From contig NW_014577061.1 in NCBI RefSeq assembly GCF_000485595.1, positions 326,488-384,829 on the forward strand: 58,342 nucleotides of DNA. The letters are read 5' to 3'. The notes beneath the pieces were generated by a model, which made no database searches, had not been told where the DNA came from, and worked only from the letters and a program-made list of their open reading frames with translations. How positions within the stretch are numbered: the stretch's first letter is position 1; each line of letters opens with the position of its first letter. Shown here one piece after another: positions 1-13,153 of the stretch. A program made the position numbers and the translations under genes. Origin of the DNA: Priapulus caudatus (lineage: Eukaryota).

Positions 1-1485
1 TGTGTGGTGTATCTGCGTGTATCTGCGTTACGTGCGTGTATCTGCGTGTACGTGCGTGTACCGAGTGCAACCACGCTGCCAACCGCAAGTTTAACACTCA
101 CGTGACTAGCTTGGACCTGCTGCTATTGGTCGCGTTACATAGAGCCGGTGTGGAACTTGACACAAGCCACACGCACACGCTGTGGAATCTTCCCACACGT
201 GGAAGAAATAATCAAACACGTGTGATATTTTCCACACGCAAGAAATGTCGCTGTGTTTGCACGCCGCACACGCTGTGTTTTGTGCTGCGTCATCAGCACG
301 CGTGTGGCGATGGCGCCAGCACAAAACACAGCGTGTGGCGGCAGGCTATCATTGTAGATAAAATATTGTAAGCATGCATGCAGTTTACATGAATGTAGCT
401 GCATATGAAAGTAGCAATGCCTTGACTTGCTATAGTATTGTGGCGAATGGGATGATAGCCGGACTGCCGGAGATAACATGAGATGGGGAAGCTGGCTGGA
501 GAGCACGGCTCTATACACTGGAGAACTATACTAGCGTGTGCTACGTGTCTCTGCCACGTTGGCGCGAGATGACTCATCTCTGGTCAGGAATAACCTGGTG
601 GCAAGAGGCTATGGGCTTGAGACAAACTACGCAGAATTTTCAGCAAATAACGAGGAGCGAGGAAGTTGCTTGCTCGTTTTGGTTACCATATTCGGCGATG
701 AAGTGGGAAAACTGCGTCATGCGAAGCAAGCAAAGGCGACCAGTTTCGGACGCTCATATAAAAGCAAAAGCGTGTGTCGATGTCTAGAAGGAGAGAAATA
801 GTGTAGTTTAGCGAGCAGACAGTAGATAGCATGATCTAATCGGTCGAGTATAGTTGTGCGGCTATAGTGATTTGTGTTAGAAGCGACAATGCTTTGAATT
901 GGTTTGGAAGGAGAACCTTGCGATTGAAATATTGATTACATGATTAAATATTATTGTGCGTTATTTCTGGCTTATTGTGGTCATTCTTGACATCTTACAG
1001 CGTTACTATAAATCTAGTGAATTCACCTGGGTAGACTAGTTGTGATTTCCGACTACATTTTGATATAACCCACGCGGTTTGCTAATGCTAATGCGGTTTT
1101 ACTCTTGTGGCTTTGATATACAACTGATAGCAGAGCGTCAGTGTAAATCTGTTAGTTCAGTTAGGTTATTCCAGTCATTATCATACACGGTGTCTCACCT
1201 AGCTCAGAAAATAATAATTTAACCATTGTAACATGTGTATATTGTATTTCCTCTAGCCACAAGTTACCTTCTCGCTACGCATTGTCACAGTCATCGAGGC
1301 TTGTGATTTGCCTTTCATACATAGGAACAAGAGCGTATAAAGAAGGAGAGCGTACAATGGTGAAATGCTGAAACCATGTTGCAGTATTAGTTGAATAAAT
1401 AAACTTTTGCCCGTTTTATTTGACGTAGTATTATTGATCAGCTGTCCTACCCTGTTAATATAAACAAACCGCATGTCCTACGATG
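1..1485. repeat. Left arm of a ~1.45-kb inverted duplication (partner ~4045-5500)
   Basis: Reverse complement of 4045-~5500 throughout (e.g. 1465-1485 vs 4045-4066), differing mainly by small indels; starts inside the 10-bp minisatellite. Confidence 0.92.
439..1261 (+). mobile_element. Possible solo LTR (also present in the inverted copy, ~4271-5094)
   Basis: TGTGGC...GCCACA termini and TATAAAAG near 755; the TSD is imperfect (AGTAT/AGTTA). Confidence 0.3.
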
Positions 1486-1960
1486 ACACTACGCTGAGAT
1501 AATGAGCGGTGAAAATCTGGTATTTTCGTCGAAAACCGACTCGAGATCAGTTTTACTGCGACTGTCTCTCGTTTTGTGGACTGTATGTTGCTTCCGGTCG
1601 CCACTGTGTAGCGCTGACTCGATACGTTATTACTTACAGCTTACTACATCCAGCGTAAGGGGCAGGCCAATCACCATGGTGATAAATAACAAGACGTTTT
1701 TTGTGGAGTAATGGCTGCGTCAATGACTGGAAATGCGGAAAAAGATAGTAGAAGGAAAATAAATTTCATTGTCAATGAATGACGGAAACACGCGAGGTTT
1801 CCTGAAGCTATCGCCAGAACGAGAGACAGTCGCAGCCACTACTACGTATCTCGAGTCGTTTTTCGGAGGAAATACCAAATTTTCACCGCTCATTATCTCA
1901 GCGTTGAGTAGGAACATGCGGTTTGTTTTATATTAGCAAGGTAGGACAGCTGATCAATAA
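1431..1960. mobile_element. Foldback/MITE-like element with ~145-bp imperfect inverted arms
   Basis: 1431-~1575 (ttattgatcagctgtcctacc...gagcggtgaaaat...cgactgtctctcgtt) is inverted at ~1818-1960; both strands give MSGENLVF-like pseudo-ORFs. Confidence 0.75.
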
Positions 1961-2052
1961 ATACGGCAGAGAAATCTTGTTGCTTGATTGCCATAGTTTG
2001 GGCTATAGCTAGCCATGGGGTGTGACCGTGTGACCTAGCTTGGGTAAAGCCA

Positions 2053-2331
2053 GGTAGTTTAGTTTTTTAGCCGAAAGGCACTGAGGGTGGTCACAGCCAG
2101 AGTTTTTTTGCGCCCTCAGTGGTTCTTTTACGTTCCCACCCATTGGCCTTAGTATTACTAGAGACGGGACCGCTATTTTACGTAGTCATCCGAGCCACGG
2201 GAGATTCACAGTCTCCAATGCTGATAGGCAGGTTTTTACACCTTGAGAAAATTCACTGCTCCGGCCGGGGTATGAACTCACAGCCTTCAGTGGACAGTGT
2301 ACGAGGCCTAACCACTGGGCCACGGAGGCTC
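2053..2331 (-). mobile_element. tRNA-derived SINE with a Deu/Meta-like central domain
   Basis: Minus strand has A box TGGCCCAGTGG, B-box-like GAGTTCATACC, core CTCGGATGACTACGTAAAATAGCGGTCCCG and an A-rich tail (AAAAAACTAAACTAC). Confidence 0.75.
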
Positions 2332-3967
2332 TCAGCACGTAATAATACCGGGAGTAAGATAATATATTATCTTACTCCTGATAATACTAATATAAAAACA
2401 CGAGTTCAATGCAGAACAGTCACCAGTGGCTATACGGCAATTAGAACAGGACGCGATAACCATCGTCGCGTAGGTCCTACACGGTAGCGTGTTAATTTCA
2501 TCATCATCATCATTTAATCAGATCATGATAAAGTACAATCAGTGGGTGAATAATAATAGATTAGTCTGTATTAGATTCACTTCTGGTACAATGGTAATCA
2601 GAATGAATTTATGCTGCAATATAGCGGAACTGAAACGTTATCTTCACAGTAATGATCAGCTTACAGCCTTACATGGTATTCCACGGTTCGTAATACGATG
2701 CAGACTTCTCCCATCTGCATACCCGTGTTAATTCCTAGAGTATACGCGAAGGCCAAGGACGCCGTTAACACCTCACAGCAATGAGTCATTGACACCTCGC
2801 CCGGAAAACTAATTACATGGCATCGGGAGCTCATGAACAAGTTAGTACATCTTCTAGTCGGGCACGCGCAATGCCATCTGGCTGCGCTGAGGCCATACGC
2901 GCAGAACAAAGACAACCGCGAGATCGAAATGAGATGCTAGAAACATCTGCTCTGCGTGTGATCGCATTCCGCGCCGAGCGACAGCGGAAACCCGCTCTTC
3001 CTCGCACCTTTAGCTGGCCACCACCGCCGAGTATTATTGTGTTCGGCCCCGCGATTCTACAGCGGGTTATATTTTAATTTATACAGTTAGCCTTCCCTGC
3101 CTGCTACGGGCGCGTTTGTACGTGTGCGCCGTAGAGAGGGAAGGCCAACAGCGCAGATGGCAGCCAAGGCAACGATATCGACCGGCAGCTGGCGGTCGAT
3201 AGTCAGGCGGAACATATACCGCATCCATCGCAGTGCTTTGTACGCGCGCCGTTTTGCCGTTATGAAGCTGTATGATTCATCGATTATGGGCGGGGTGTAA
3301 AACTACCGATATTCCATGAGATCGACGAACGGAGAGAGAAAACGGGATGGAATGGCGTGATAGGTAATAAGGATAGAAATAACTCCTGCGAAAAACACTT
3401 TGGAGGCTTCGATCGACCAACTCCATCCCCCATCCACACACACACACATACACATAACACTAACTGTACAGCGCCAATTTGATAGCGTTTCAACACTTAC
3501 ACCGAACATGCATTATTCATCTGCTTGGGAACCACCATCTTAAAAATTCCCCAAACAGAGGTGACTATGGAAGGTCTCAATGCTGCACTACCAATTACGC
3601 TCATAACGTCCATGATATCGTTGATATTATACATGGAATTTTGCCTCTAGCGTCCCTCTCAAATTTTCAGTCTGACTAATGCAAAATCGTTTTTGCAACA
3701 CATATACCTTCTGACTCGCCACCAGAATGAAAAAACGTGTCAGTTTTCGTTTTCCCATCTTTCCAACAGTGCTGGTACCTAAATATTTTATTGCAACTTG
3801 GTACACATGCAACTTTGGAAAATTACAACCGCTCAATAATTTATCAACAACTAGCTTGCGCAAATATGTCATGTGGATAATTACCAATTACACTAATAAT
3901 TATTACTATATGAACACCGAGGGCTGCACCTGTCCTGGATGGAGAGGTGGTGATCATGTGGATGGAG

Positions 3968-6805
3968 CACTGGCAGCAAGAACAAGCCCGCACCTGCAGC
4001 TACAGCACACAAGCCGCGTTCACACGTAGCAAGAAATCCGGTAACATCGTAGGGACATGCGGTTTGTTTTATATTAACAGGGTAGGACAGCTGATCAATA
4101 ATACTACGTCAAAATAAAACGGGCAAAGTTTATTTATTCAACTAATACTGCAACATGGTTTCAGCATTTCACCATTGTACGCTCTCCTTCTTTATACGCT
4201 CTTGTTCCTATGTATGAAAGGCAAATCACAAGCCTCGATGACTGTGACAATGCGTAGCGAGAAGGTAACTTGTGGCTAGAGGAAATACAATATACACATG
4301 TTACAATGGTTAAATTATTATTTTCTGAGCTAGGTGAGACACCGTGTATGATAATGACTGGGAATAACCTAACTGAACCTAACAGATTTACACTGACGCT
4401 CTGCTATCAGTTGTATATCAAAGCCACAAGAGTAAAACCGCATTAGCATTAGCAACCGCGTGGGGTTATATCAAAATGTAGTCGGGAAATCACAACTAGT
4501 CTACCCAGGTGAATTCACTAGATTTATAGTAACGCTGTAAGATGTCAAGAATGACCACAATAAGCCAGAAATAACGCACAATAATATTTAATCAATGTAA
4601 TCAATATTTCAATCGCAAGGTTCTCTCTCCAAACCAATTCAAAGCATTGTCGCTTCTAACACAAATCACTATAGCCGCACAACTATACTCGACCGATTAG
4701 ATCATGCTATCTACTGTCTGCTCGCTAAACTACACTATTTCTCTCCTTCTAGACATCGACACACGCTTTTGCTTTTATATGAGCGTCCGAAACTGGTCGC
4801 CTTTGCTTGCTTCGCATGACGCAGTTTTCCCACTTCATCGCCGAATATGGTAACCAAAACGAGCAAGCAACTTCCTCGCTCTTCGTTATTTGGCTGAAAT
4901 TCTGCGTAGTTTGTCTCAAGCCCATAGCCTCTTGCACCAGGTTATTCCTGACCAGAGATGAGTCATCTCCGCCAACGTGGCAGAGACACGTAGCACACGC
5001 TAGTATAGTTCTCCAGTGTATAGAGCCGTGCTCTCCAGCCAGCTTCCCCATCTCATGTTACTCCGGCAGTCCGGCTATCATCCCATTCGCCACAATACTA
5101 TAGCAAGTCAAGCATTGCTACTTTCATATGCAGCTACATTCATGTAAACTGCATGCATGCTTACAATATTTTATCTACAATATAGCCTGCCGCACACGCT
5201 GTGTTTTGTGCTGCGCCATCGGCCACGCGTGGCTGATGACGCAGCACAAAACACAGCGTGTGCGCGTGCAAACACAGCGATTTCTTGCGTGTGGAAAATA
5301 TCACACGTGTTTGATATTTTCTTCCACGTGTGGCAGATTCCACAGCGTGTGCGGTGTGGCTGTGTCAAGTTCCACACCGGCTCTATGTAACCGACCAATA
5401 GCAGCAGGTCAAGCTAGTCACGTGATCTTAACTTGCGGTTGCAGCGTGGTTGCACTGCGGTACACGCACGTACACGCAGATACACGCACGTACACGCAGA
5501 TACACGCAGATACACGCACGTACACACAGATACACGCTCGTACACGCGGGTACACGCACGTGCACGTGGGTACACGCACGTACACGCGGGTACACGGAGA
5601 TACACGCACGTACACGCACGTTCACGCGGGTACACGCACGTACACGCAGATACACGCACGTACACACAGATACACGCACGTACACGCGGGTACACGCACG
5701 TGCACGCGGGTACACGCACGTACACGCGGGTACACGGAGATACACGCACGTACACGCACGTACACGCGGGCACACGCACGTACACGCAGATACACGCACG
5801 TACACACAGATACACGCACGTACACGCGGGTACACGCACGTGCACGCGGGTACACGCACGTACACGCGGGTACACGGAGATACACGCACGTACACGCACG
5901 TACACGCGGGTACACGCACGTACACGCAGATACACGCACGTACACACAGATACACGCACGTACACGCGGGTACACGCACGTGCACGCGGGTACACGCACG
6001 TACACGCGGGCACACGGATATACACGCACGTACACGCACGTACACGCGGGTACACGCACGTACACGCAGATACACGCACGTACACACAGATACACGCACG
6101 TACACGCGGGTACACGCACGTGCACGCGGGTACACGCACGTACACGCGGGTACACGGAGATACACGCACGTACACGCACGTACACGCGGGTACACGCACG
6201 TACACGCAGATACACGCACGTACACACAGATACACGCACGTACACGCGGGTACACGCACGTGCACGCGGGTACACGCACGTACACGCGGGTACACGGAGA
6301 TACACGCACGTACACGCACGTACACGCGGGTACACGCACGTACACGCAGATACACGCACGTACACACAGATACACGCACGTACACGCGGGTACACGCACG
6401 TGCACGCGGGTACACGCACGTACACGCGGGTACACGGAGATACACGCACGTACACGCACGTACACGCGGGTACACGCACGTACACGCAGATACACGCACG
6501 TACACACAGATACACGCACGTACACGCNNNNNNNNNNNNNNNNNNNNNNNNNNNNTTTTCATGCTTCTTTCCAGAAGTGCACACTTTAAGTAAAAAATGT
6601 CTCATATCCGCCCCACTATTTCTACAGCTGCGAATCAGCGTGTAAACGCTCGGCCGCGTATTTGTCTCAGATTCGGTATTTCGCAAATACCGCCGTATTT
6701 CATAAATACGAGGTCTCGTGTGAACGAGGCTTATATATAACAATTATAGTCAATAGATGCGTGTGTGCTGTAGCTGCAGGTGCGGACTTGTTCTTGCTGC
6801 CAGTG
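3968..6805. mobile_element. Non-autonomous DNA transposon with ~43-bp CACTGG TIRs and 8-bp TSD (possibly P superfamily)
   Basis: TIR CACTGGCAGCAAGAACAAG(C/T)CCGCACCTGCAGCTACAGCACAC at 3968-4010 and inverted at 6763-6805; perfect TSD GGATGGAG at 3960-3967 and 6806-6813. Confidence 0.82.
5461..6527 (+). repeat. 10-bp minisatellite (TACACGCACG variants) with a 140-bp higher-order repeat
   Basis: Variant TACACGGAGA recurs at 5591, 5731, 5871, 6011 (variant), 6151, 6291 and 6431; the array runs into an N-gap. Confidence 0.97.
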
Positions 6806-7242
6806 GGATGGAGAGGTGGTGATATGAATGATTATACCAACGCCTAGGGCCCCCTAAATGATACCTCAGCATTGCATTATTATTAGAAGGAGCAGGCCTG
6901 CTCTCAGGTGATCGAAGCACCATCAGCACATATTTAATGGCTTACGACATATACTAGTTGCACATATACTACATGTACTAGTATCGCATATCCTCGCCAT
7001 CATTATGTTGTTAGGTATAACTGTAGGCAGGTTGGCACTGCTATGTATTGTAATACTATAAACAGAAAATTTATTTTGAGATACCCCACCCCAAGCTCAA
7101 TCCATAGATTTATAGCGATCAAACCACCCTAAGAAAGATTGATGAACCACCGTCAACGGACACTGCAGGTAAAGCTGTGCGGCACGTGCAGCCATTTGGT
7201 AATGAATACAGCATAATACCAGAAGTAGTAATAGAATAGCTA

Positions 7243-7647
7243 TTAGGGAAGGAGTGCGACTTCAATAAACAACTTACAAGGGAAATTCATCATTTACTAG
7301 CCTTAGCATACGGTACCTACGATTTACTACGCAAAAGGCAGCTACTAGCGAGCCACAACGCATCGCCGAGTGCGCAAGAGTCGCTAGTAGCTGCCGTTTG
7401 TTTCAAGTTAGGCGGTTTATACATTCAGTTTGCTGGCAACATAATGGAAAATCGTGTCGAACGTTTTAGTCTGTATCTCCGGATTGCGGGTGTATACGAG
7501 GAAACGATTTCGCACAATGCTAGGCGAATGTACTGTGTGCGATTTGAGCTCAAATTGGTTGAATTACGCGTAGTAAATCGTAGGTATGCTAAGGCTAGTA
7601 AATGACGAATTTCCCTTGTTTATTGAAGTCACACTACTTCCCTATTA
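7243..7647. mobile_element. MITE with ~80-bp TIRs (TAGGGAAG...CTTCCCTA); partial copies at ~19501-19710 and ~31538-31810
   Basis: Inverted arms at 7243-7332 and 7568-7647, internal hairpin GGCAGCTACTAGCGA..TCGCTAGTAGCTGCC, three copies in the window. Confidence 0.85.
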
Positions 7648-7805
7648 TATACTTCCGATAATACTGCTGGCTACCGCAATGAAAGAGAAGACTGATTTCT
7701 AATAATACCCAAATATAGAATTCTAGCCAACTATAATTTTATAACGAGTAACATTATGTCAATTATATAAGGATCGATTTCCCCGCGATAAGTTAATTTG
7801 TATCA

Positions 7806-8060
<255 letters not shown>

Positions 8061-9399
8061 TTAAACAAAAGATAAAAATAAAAAATAAAAATAAATCTTT
8101 ACTCGAACATATGGCTCTGCCGTCCTCGTTGCAGCTAGGCGAGTATACAGTCTGATTCTTATTCTTCGAAAAGAACTCGATTGGATAACCTTTCCTAGTT
8201 GCAATATGATCAATAACATCCAATGTATACATACCATTTTGAATATATGTACGTTCTTTGGTGACAATAACGGTTGAAATTCAGGACCCTAAAAAACAAC
8301 AACTATGACGATATAAACGGTCGGTGAGAGTGATTGAAAACCGACGCACACCCCGGCTGCATCGGGCGGAGTTCTGACGTCATAGCCCCGTGACTTCGTC
8401 GAGGCGGCACAGTGGCTAGACCATATATTGATTGATGTCGCATCAGTCAGCGTTCAACGGCCCCGTCGGAAAACGCGCGGTGGCGTGCATTGCGTAGGTG
8501 TTTGGTTCGTTACCTCGTAACTTCGTAAGGATCGAATATATAGTCTTCAATGTCAAAAGAACTACACCGAAGACGAACAAAGACAAATTGAATCGAATAG
8601 ATAGATCACTCATCAGCACTGAGGATTGCAGTAGAAAAAGTTTTAAAATTAACCAGAGAAGATTAGAAGGGGGGAAATTCCGATATGAACAGAAACGAAA
8701 AAGCTACAATCCTTTGATGACGAAATGTCGAAAGCGGCGATCAGGCTAGAATGATTGATTACTACGAATAAGTTTCATGGAACAAGAAGGAATACTAATT
8801 TTCACCTGACCACGATGATATGAAATATTGTGAAAGATTTGTGATCTGCACGAAGAAAGCGGATACGTAGAGGAGACCAACACCAAAAGTTTTATGGGCG
8901 ACCCGGCTCCATGAAGTCAACCCCTTATTGAACAAAATAATAATTAATAGAGAAGAAAGACGGAGAGAGAGTTTGATGGGAAATATACAAGATGCCTAAT
9001 GAGGCAAATAACACACTGCATATATGTTTAAAAGTAAAAAAATGGAGAACAAAAATATAAACTAATAAATAAAACAGGAACAAAAAATCATCTGCCCGCT
9101 TCAGGTTCTGCGAGTTTCAGGTAATTAAGTCATTCAGTTCAATATTCACAACAAACTTGTGATTATTTGTTCATAAATTAATCACAAGCCCAAGTATATT
9201 CAATAGTTGGAGATCAAATATAGTGAAGGTAGTGAATTGTTCTCTGACCAATGTCCACGCGCTGATGATTTTGACGGATATGATGTCAGTAGGGGCCTAC
9301 ATTAGTAGTTCAGCCTACATTAATTTTGGTCTGGTTTTACCAGATTGAATAAATCTAATAATTAAATCAACTAATAATGACACTGGTGGACACTGTGGA

Positions 9400-9645
9400 A
9401 TCGTCAAACTCGTGTCTATTCCTTAGCATCCACTGTGTCATGCGCTCCAGTCACCAGCGCGACTGTAGAGTGCAGCAACTCTGCCCAAAATGTCAAAACT
9501 GTATCCAGCGATATGGGAGAGGATCGGTTAACAGCGCGGTTGCACCTTTTCGTCCACAAAGACGTTTCTTTAAACTGCGAAGCCATTGTTGACGAATTTG
9601 CGAGCCCGGAAGGATGAGCCCTGCAAACAAGTCCGTTGCAGTAAT
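9400..9645 (+). mobile_element. Decayed hAT transposase C-terminal dimerisation domain
   Basis: APVTSATVECSNSA..VKT..SDMGEDRLTA.L.LFVHKDVSLNCEAIVDEFA resembles the hAT dimerisation consensus (PVTSA..ERSFS.L..IKT..RSTM..DRL..L.L..H). Confidence 0.75.
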
Positions 9646-10088
9646 GTTAACACATTCAAAGCACTATCAAAAACCCGTGGGGCGATGCGCTATTTCACGT
9701 TGAGAATATGGTACCAACTCGATGTAACAATTTATCTATGCGCGATAGTTTAAAATCCACACGCGTTTGTGTGGTATGAAATGCTTTGTTTTAAACTTAT
9801 TCAAGTGTATATTTTTAATATAAAGCTGGATATAATACATTTAATAACAATTGTAAGTTTCGATTAAAATTATTTAGATGAAGTTAGAAAACGTTTGAAT
9901 GGCTACACAATTTTTTTTACGTTGTCCTGAACTGTGCTGCAATAATTCTGCTAGATGCATATAAAAACTCGTTTAAAATTCCAATTAAGTTCTTTCAATG
10001 GCTGTAGTGATTTCCGCTTATTTTCATTAAATGAACATAGTACAGCCATAATTAAGACTATGCATACATAACGAATGCGCGCGCCCGG

Positions 10089-10405
<317 letters not shown>

Positions 10406-10487
10406 TTTGTAATGAAGTAATTCGCGTGACCAATGTGATTAACGATGATGCAGCGGCAACTTGGCATGGCGGATGATGGTCCGCGGT

Positions 10488-11236
10488 TAATGGGAACATC
10501 CACTGATAACACTATGAGAACATCCACTGATGACCCTAATGAGAACATCCACTGATGACACCATGAGAACACCCACTGATGACCCTAATGAGAACATCCA
10601 CTGATTACACCATGAGAACACCAACTGATGACACCATGAGAACATCCACTGATGACACCATGAGAACATCCACTCATGACACCATGAGAACACCCACTGA
10701 TGACACCATGAGAACATCCACCGATGACCCTAATGAGAACACCCACTGATGACACCATGAGAACATCCACTGATGACCCTCTCATGGTGTCATCAGTGGA
10801 TGTTCTCATGGTGTCATCAGTGGATGTTACTCATGGTGTCATCAGTGGATGTTCTCATAACATCCACCAATGACCCTAATGAGAACACCCACTGATGACA
10901 CCATGAGAACATCCACTGATGACACCATAAGAACATCCACTGATGACACCATGAGAACACCTACTGATGACACCATGAGAACACCTACTGATGACACCAT
11001 GAGAACACCCACTGATGACCCTAATGGGAACATCCACTGATGACACCATGAGAACATCCACTGATGACACCATGAGAACACCCACTGATGACACCATGAG
11101 AACACCCACTGATGACACCATTAGAACATCCACTGATGACACCATGAGAACATACACTGATGACACCATGAGAACATCCACTGATGACACCATGAGAACA
11201 TACACTGATGACACCATGAGAACATACACTGATGAC
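10488..11236 (+). repeat. 24-bp minisatellite (GAGAACATCCACTGATGACACCAT) with an internal inverted block
   Basis: About 30 units; 10780-10858 holds ~3 units in reverse orientation. Confidence 0.96.
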
Positions 11237-11297
11237 GGACATGTGCGTGAACTGCACGACGTTTATACCCCGTACAGACTGAATTTTTATGTTTTGC

Positions 11298-11537
11298 TAA
11301 TTACCTCCGCCAGGGGCTTGGCGGAGGTTATGTTCTCACCGGCGTGTGTTTGAGTGTTGGTTTGTGGGTTTGTTAACATGCACGTTTCAGTTCACTTCCA
11401 CTAGGTGCGCTGGCTGTAGACTTACAAACACGCAACCACAGGCTAAGGGGCAACCACAGTCCTCTCCCACTTGCACGCTCGCACTAATCCATATCCAATT
11501 AATTATTTATTTAATTAATTAATCAAATAATTTCTCC
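11298..11537 (+). mobile_element. 5' part of a Helentron-type non-autonomous element (HINE), cut off at a gap
   Basis: ATTACCTCCGCCA-loop-TGGCGGAGGTTATGTT hairpin followed by a GTTT-rich simple repeat. Confidence 0.55.
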
Positions 11538-12731
11538 NNNNNNNNNNTTTAGAATCTGTAATGTAGGGCTTCGTCGTGACATAAGGAAAGAACGGAGATA
11601 CATACCCATGTTGACACTTACCAAGACTTAACGTCTAGTCATAGAGAACACCGATTGACCTGGTAACAGCAGAAAACCATGCCAAAACAATGTTTGTGAT
11701 GAGACAGAATATGCCTAGCAAACTACCGATAACAGAGGAATAGTCTATATGCCAAATGTTTTATAGCAAAGAGAAGCCAAAGATATTGGGCGATAATGAG
11801 AGGCAAGGGAAGATCCATCAACTTTATAAACTTGGGTAATAACAGCTTCGTTTCAATCGGATTAGGAAGAGAACCTAGATCATAGCGTTGACAGAACAGA
11901 TCGAATGAAATTATGCATTGCAAGCCCAAGCTCATGCACAAAATGATGTGAAATAAAACCAGGCACCTAATCATCACCTAGGCAACCCTTCCTTATGTGG
12001 GGATATATTTTTAAGCATCGAAAACACCGCGCTGTGGGAGATAACAATTTTACTCATGAGGAGAAACATCATTTAAACGTGGAGTAGGGGTAGCACAAGA
12101 AACAGAGAAAATCGACATAAATTTATCACTAAGCAAAGTAACTTTCGATGCAAGAGACTCGCAGCAGTATTCATAATGATAAACAAAATAGGGTATTTAT
12201 ACATCTCTACGGTTCTGCTAAATAAATCATATAAATGTCATCTAAATAAATATATGAATAAAAACACAATAGTAAGTTATGTTTGTCCTAGAAATAATTT
12301 TGCAAAGTTTTTAATTACAAAACCTATTATATAGTCGGGCTTGGCATAAGCTCCAAGCAAGCTCCTTAGAAAATCTGAGGCATTATTGGTTTAGAATAGC
12401 TACAATCAGTGTTTGAATGATGTAACAGATTGGCAGGCACAGACATATGGTTATAAAGCATAGGCAGTATACGATCCTATTATTATGACCTTTATTTACA
12501 ATTTTACACTTACAATGTATCAGCTGAAATGTACTATGAAAAGACTTACCGAATATCATGTAATCTATGTACATATTTATAGACAGGATGACACATATTA
12601 TGTACTTGTAGTCATATCAACTTAGCATAAACATGTTCTGTATAACTTAGCAATTGTACCTACATGAAACAATACGTTGTCGTCCTAAATTTCGCATAAA
12701 AATCATTGAGCATATGTTGAAATGATATCAG

Positions 12732-13153
12732 TTACTTTAGCTTAGAGTCTCCACTACTGGAGACTGTACTGAACATGCCGACGTTAGTTCTCTCGCGTAG
12801 AGTGACTTTATCATATTCGCGACGTAAGAATTCAAGAAGCGGCTCCATGTTCTGCTTATACTTTGCCGATACTGGTATGACCGGAATCCCAATCTTCTCC
12901 TGTAAGAGAGGCAGGTTAGCCAACCCTCGCCCTAGGTCGACCTTGTTAGCAATGACAGCGTGCGGTACGTGGGACAGCCCTGGACTGTAACACTCCAACT
13001 CATACTGAAGATCCTCTAATTGGGTCCAGGGCATGGACGCGGATGCATCCAGGACATACACTAGGCAGTTGCAGCGCTCTATGTGCTTGAGGAAGCTGTA
13101 TCCCAGACCGCGGTTTTTGTGCGCGCCGCGTATCAGTCCAGGAATGTCTGCAA
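12732..13153 (-). CDS. MTG2: MTG2 last coding exon ([17 protein letters not shown]...NKVD...SAK...stop)
   Basis: ttccag acceptor; G3/G4/G5 motifs; TAA stop at 12734-12732. Confidence 0.95.

Noticed and set aside
5128..6743. Long ORFs (365-505 aa) in several frames
   Set aside because: Translations of the stop-free 10-bp minisatellite, running through Ns.
8498..8920. Possible integrase zinc-binding or gag-like remnant
   Set aside because: Only vague similarity (IVKDL..HEESG); too degraded to call without a profile search.
10488..11236. CRISPR-like 24-bp repeat array
   Set aside because: Repeats are contiguous with no unique spacers, there are no cas genes, and the context is eukaryotic.
11560..11900. 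Possible decayed RTE-like LINE 3' end
   Set aside because: Only a faint RGKGRS-like motif; no continuous frame.
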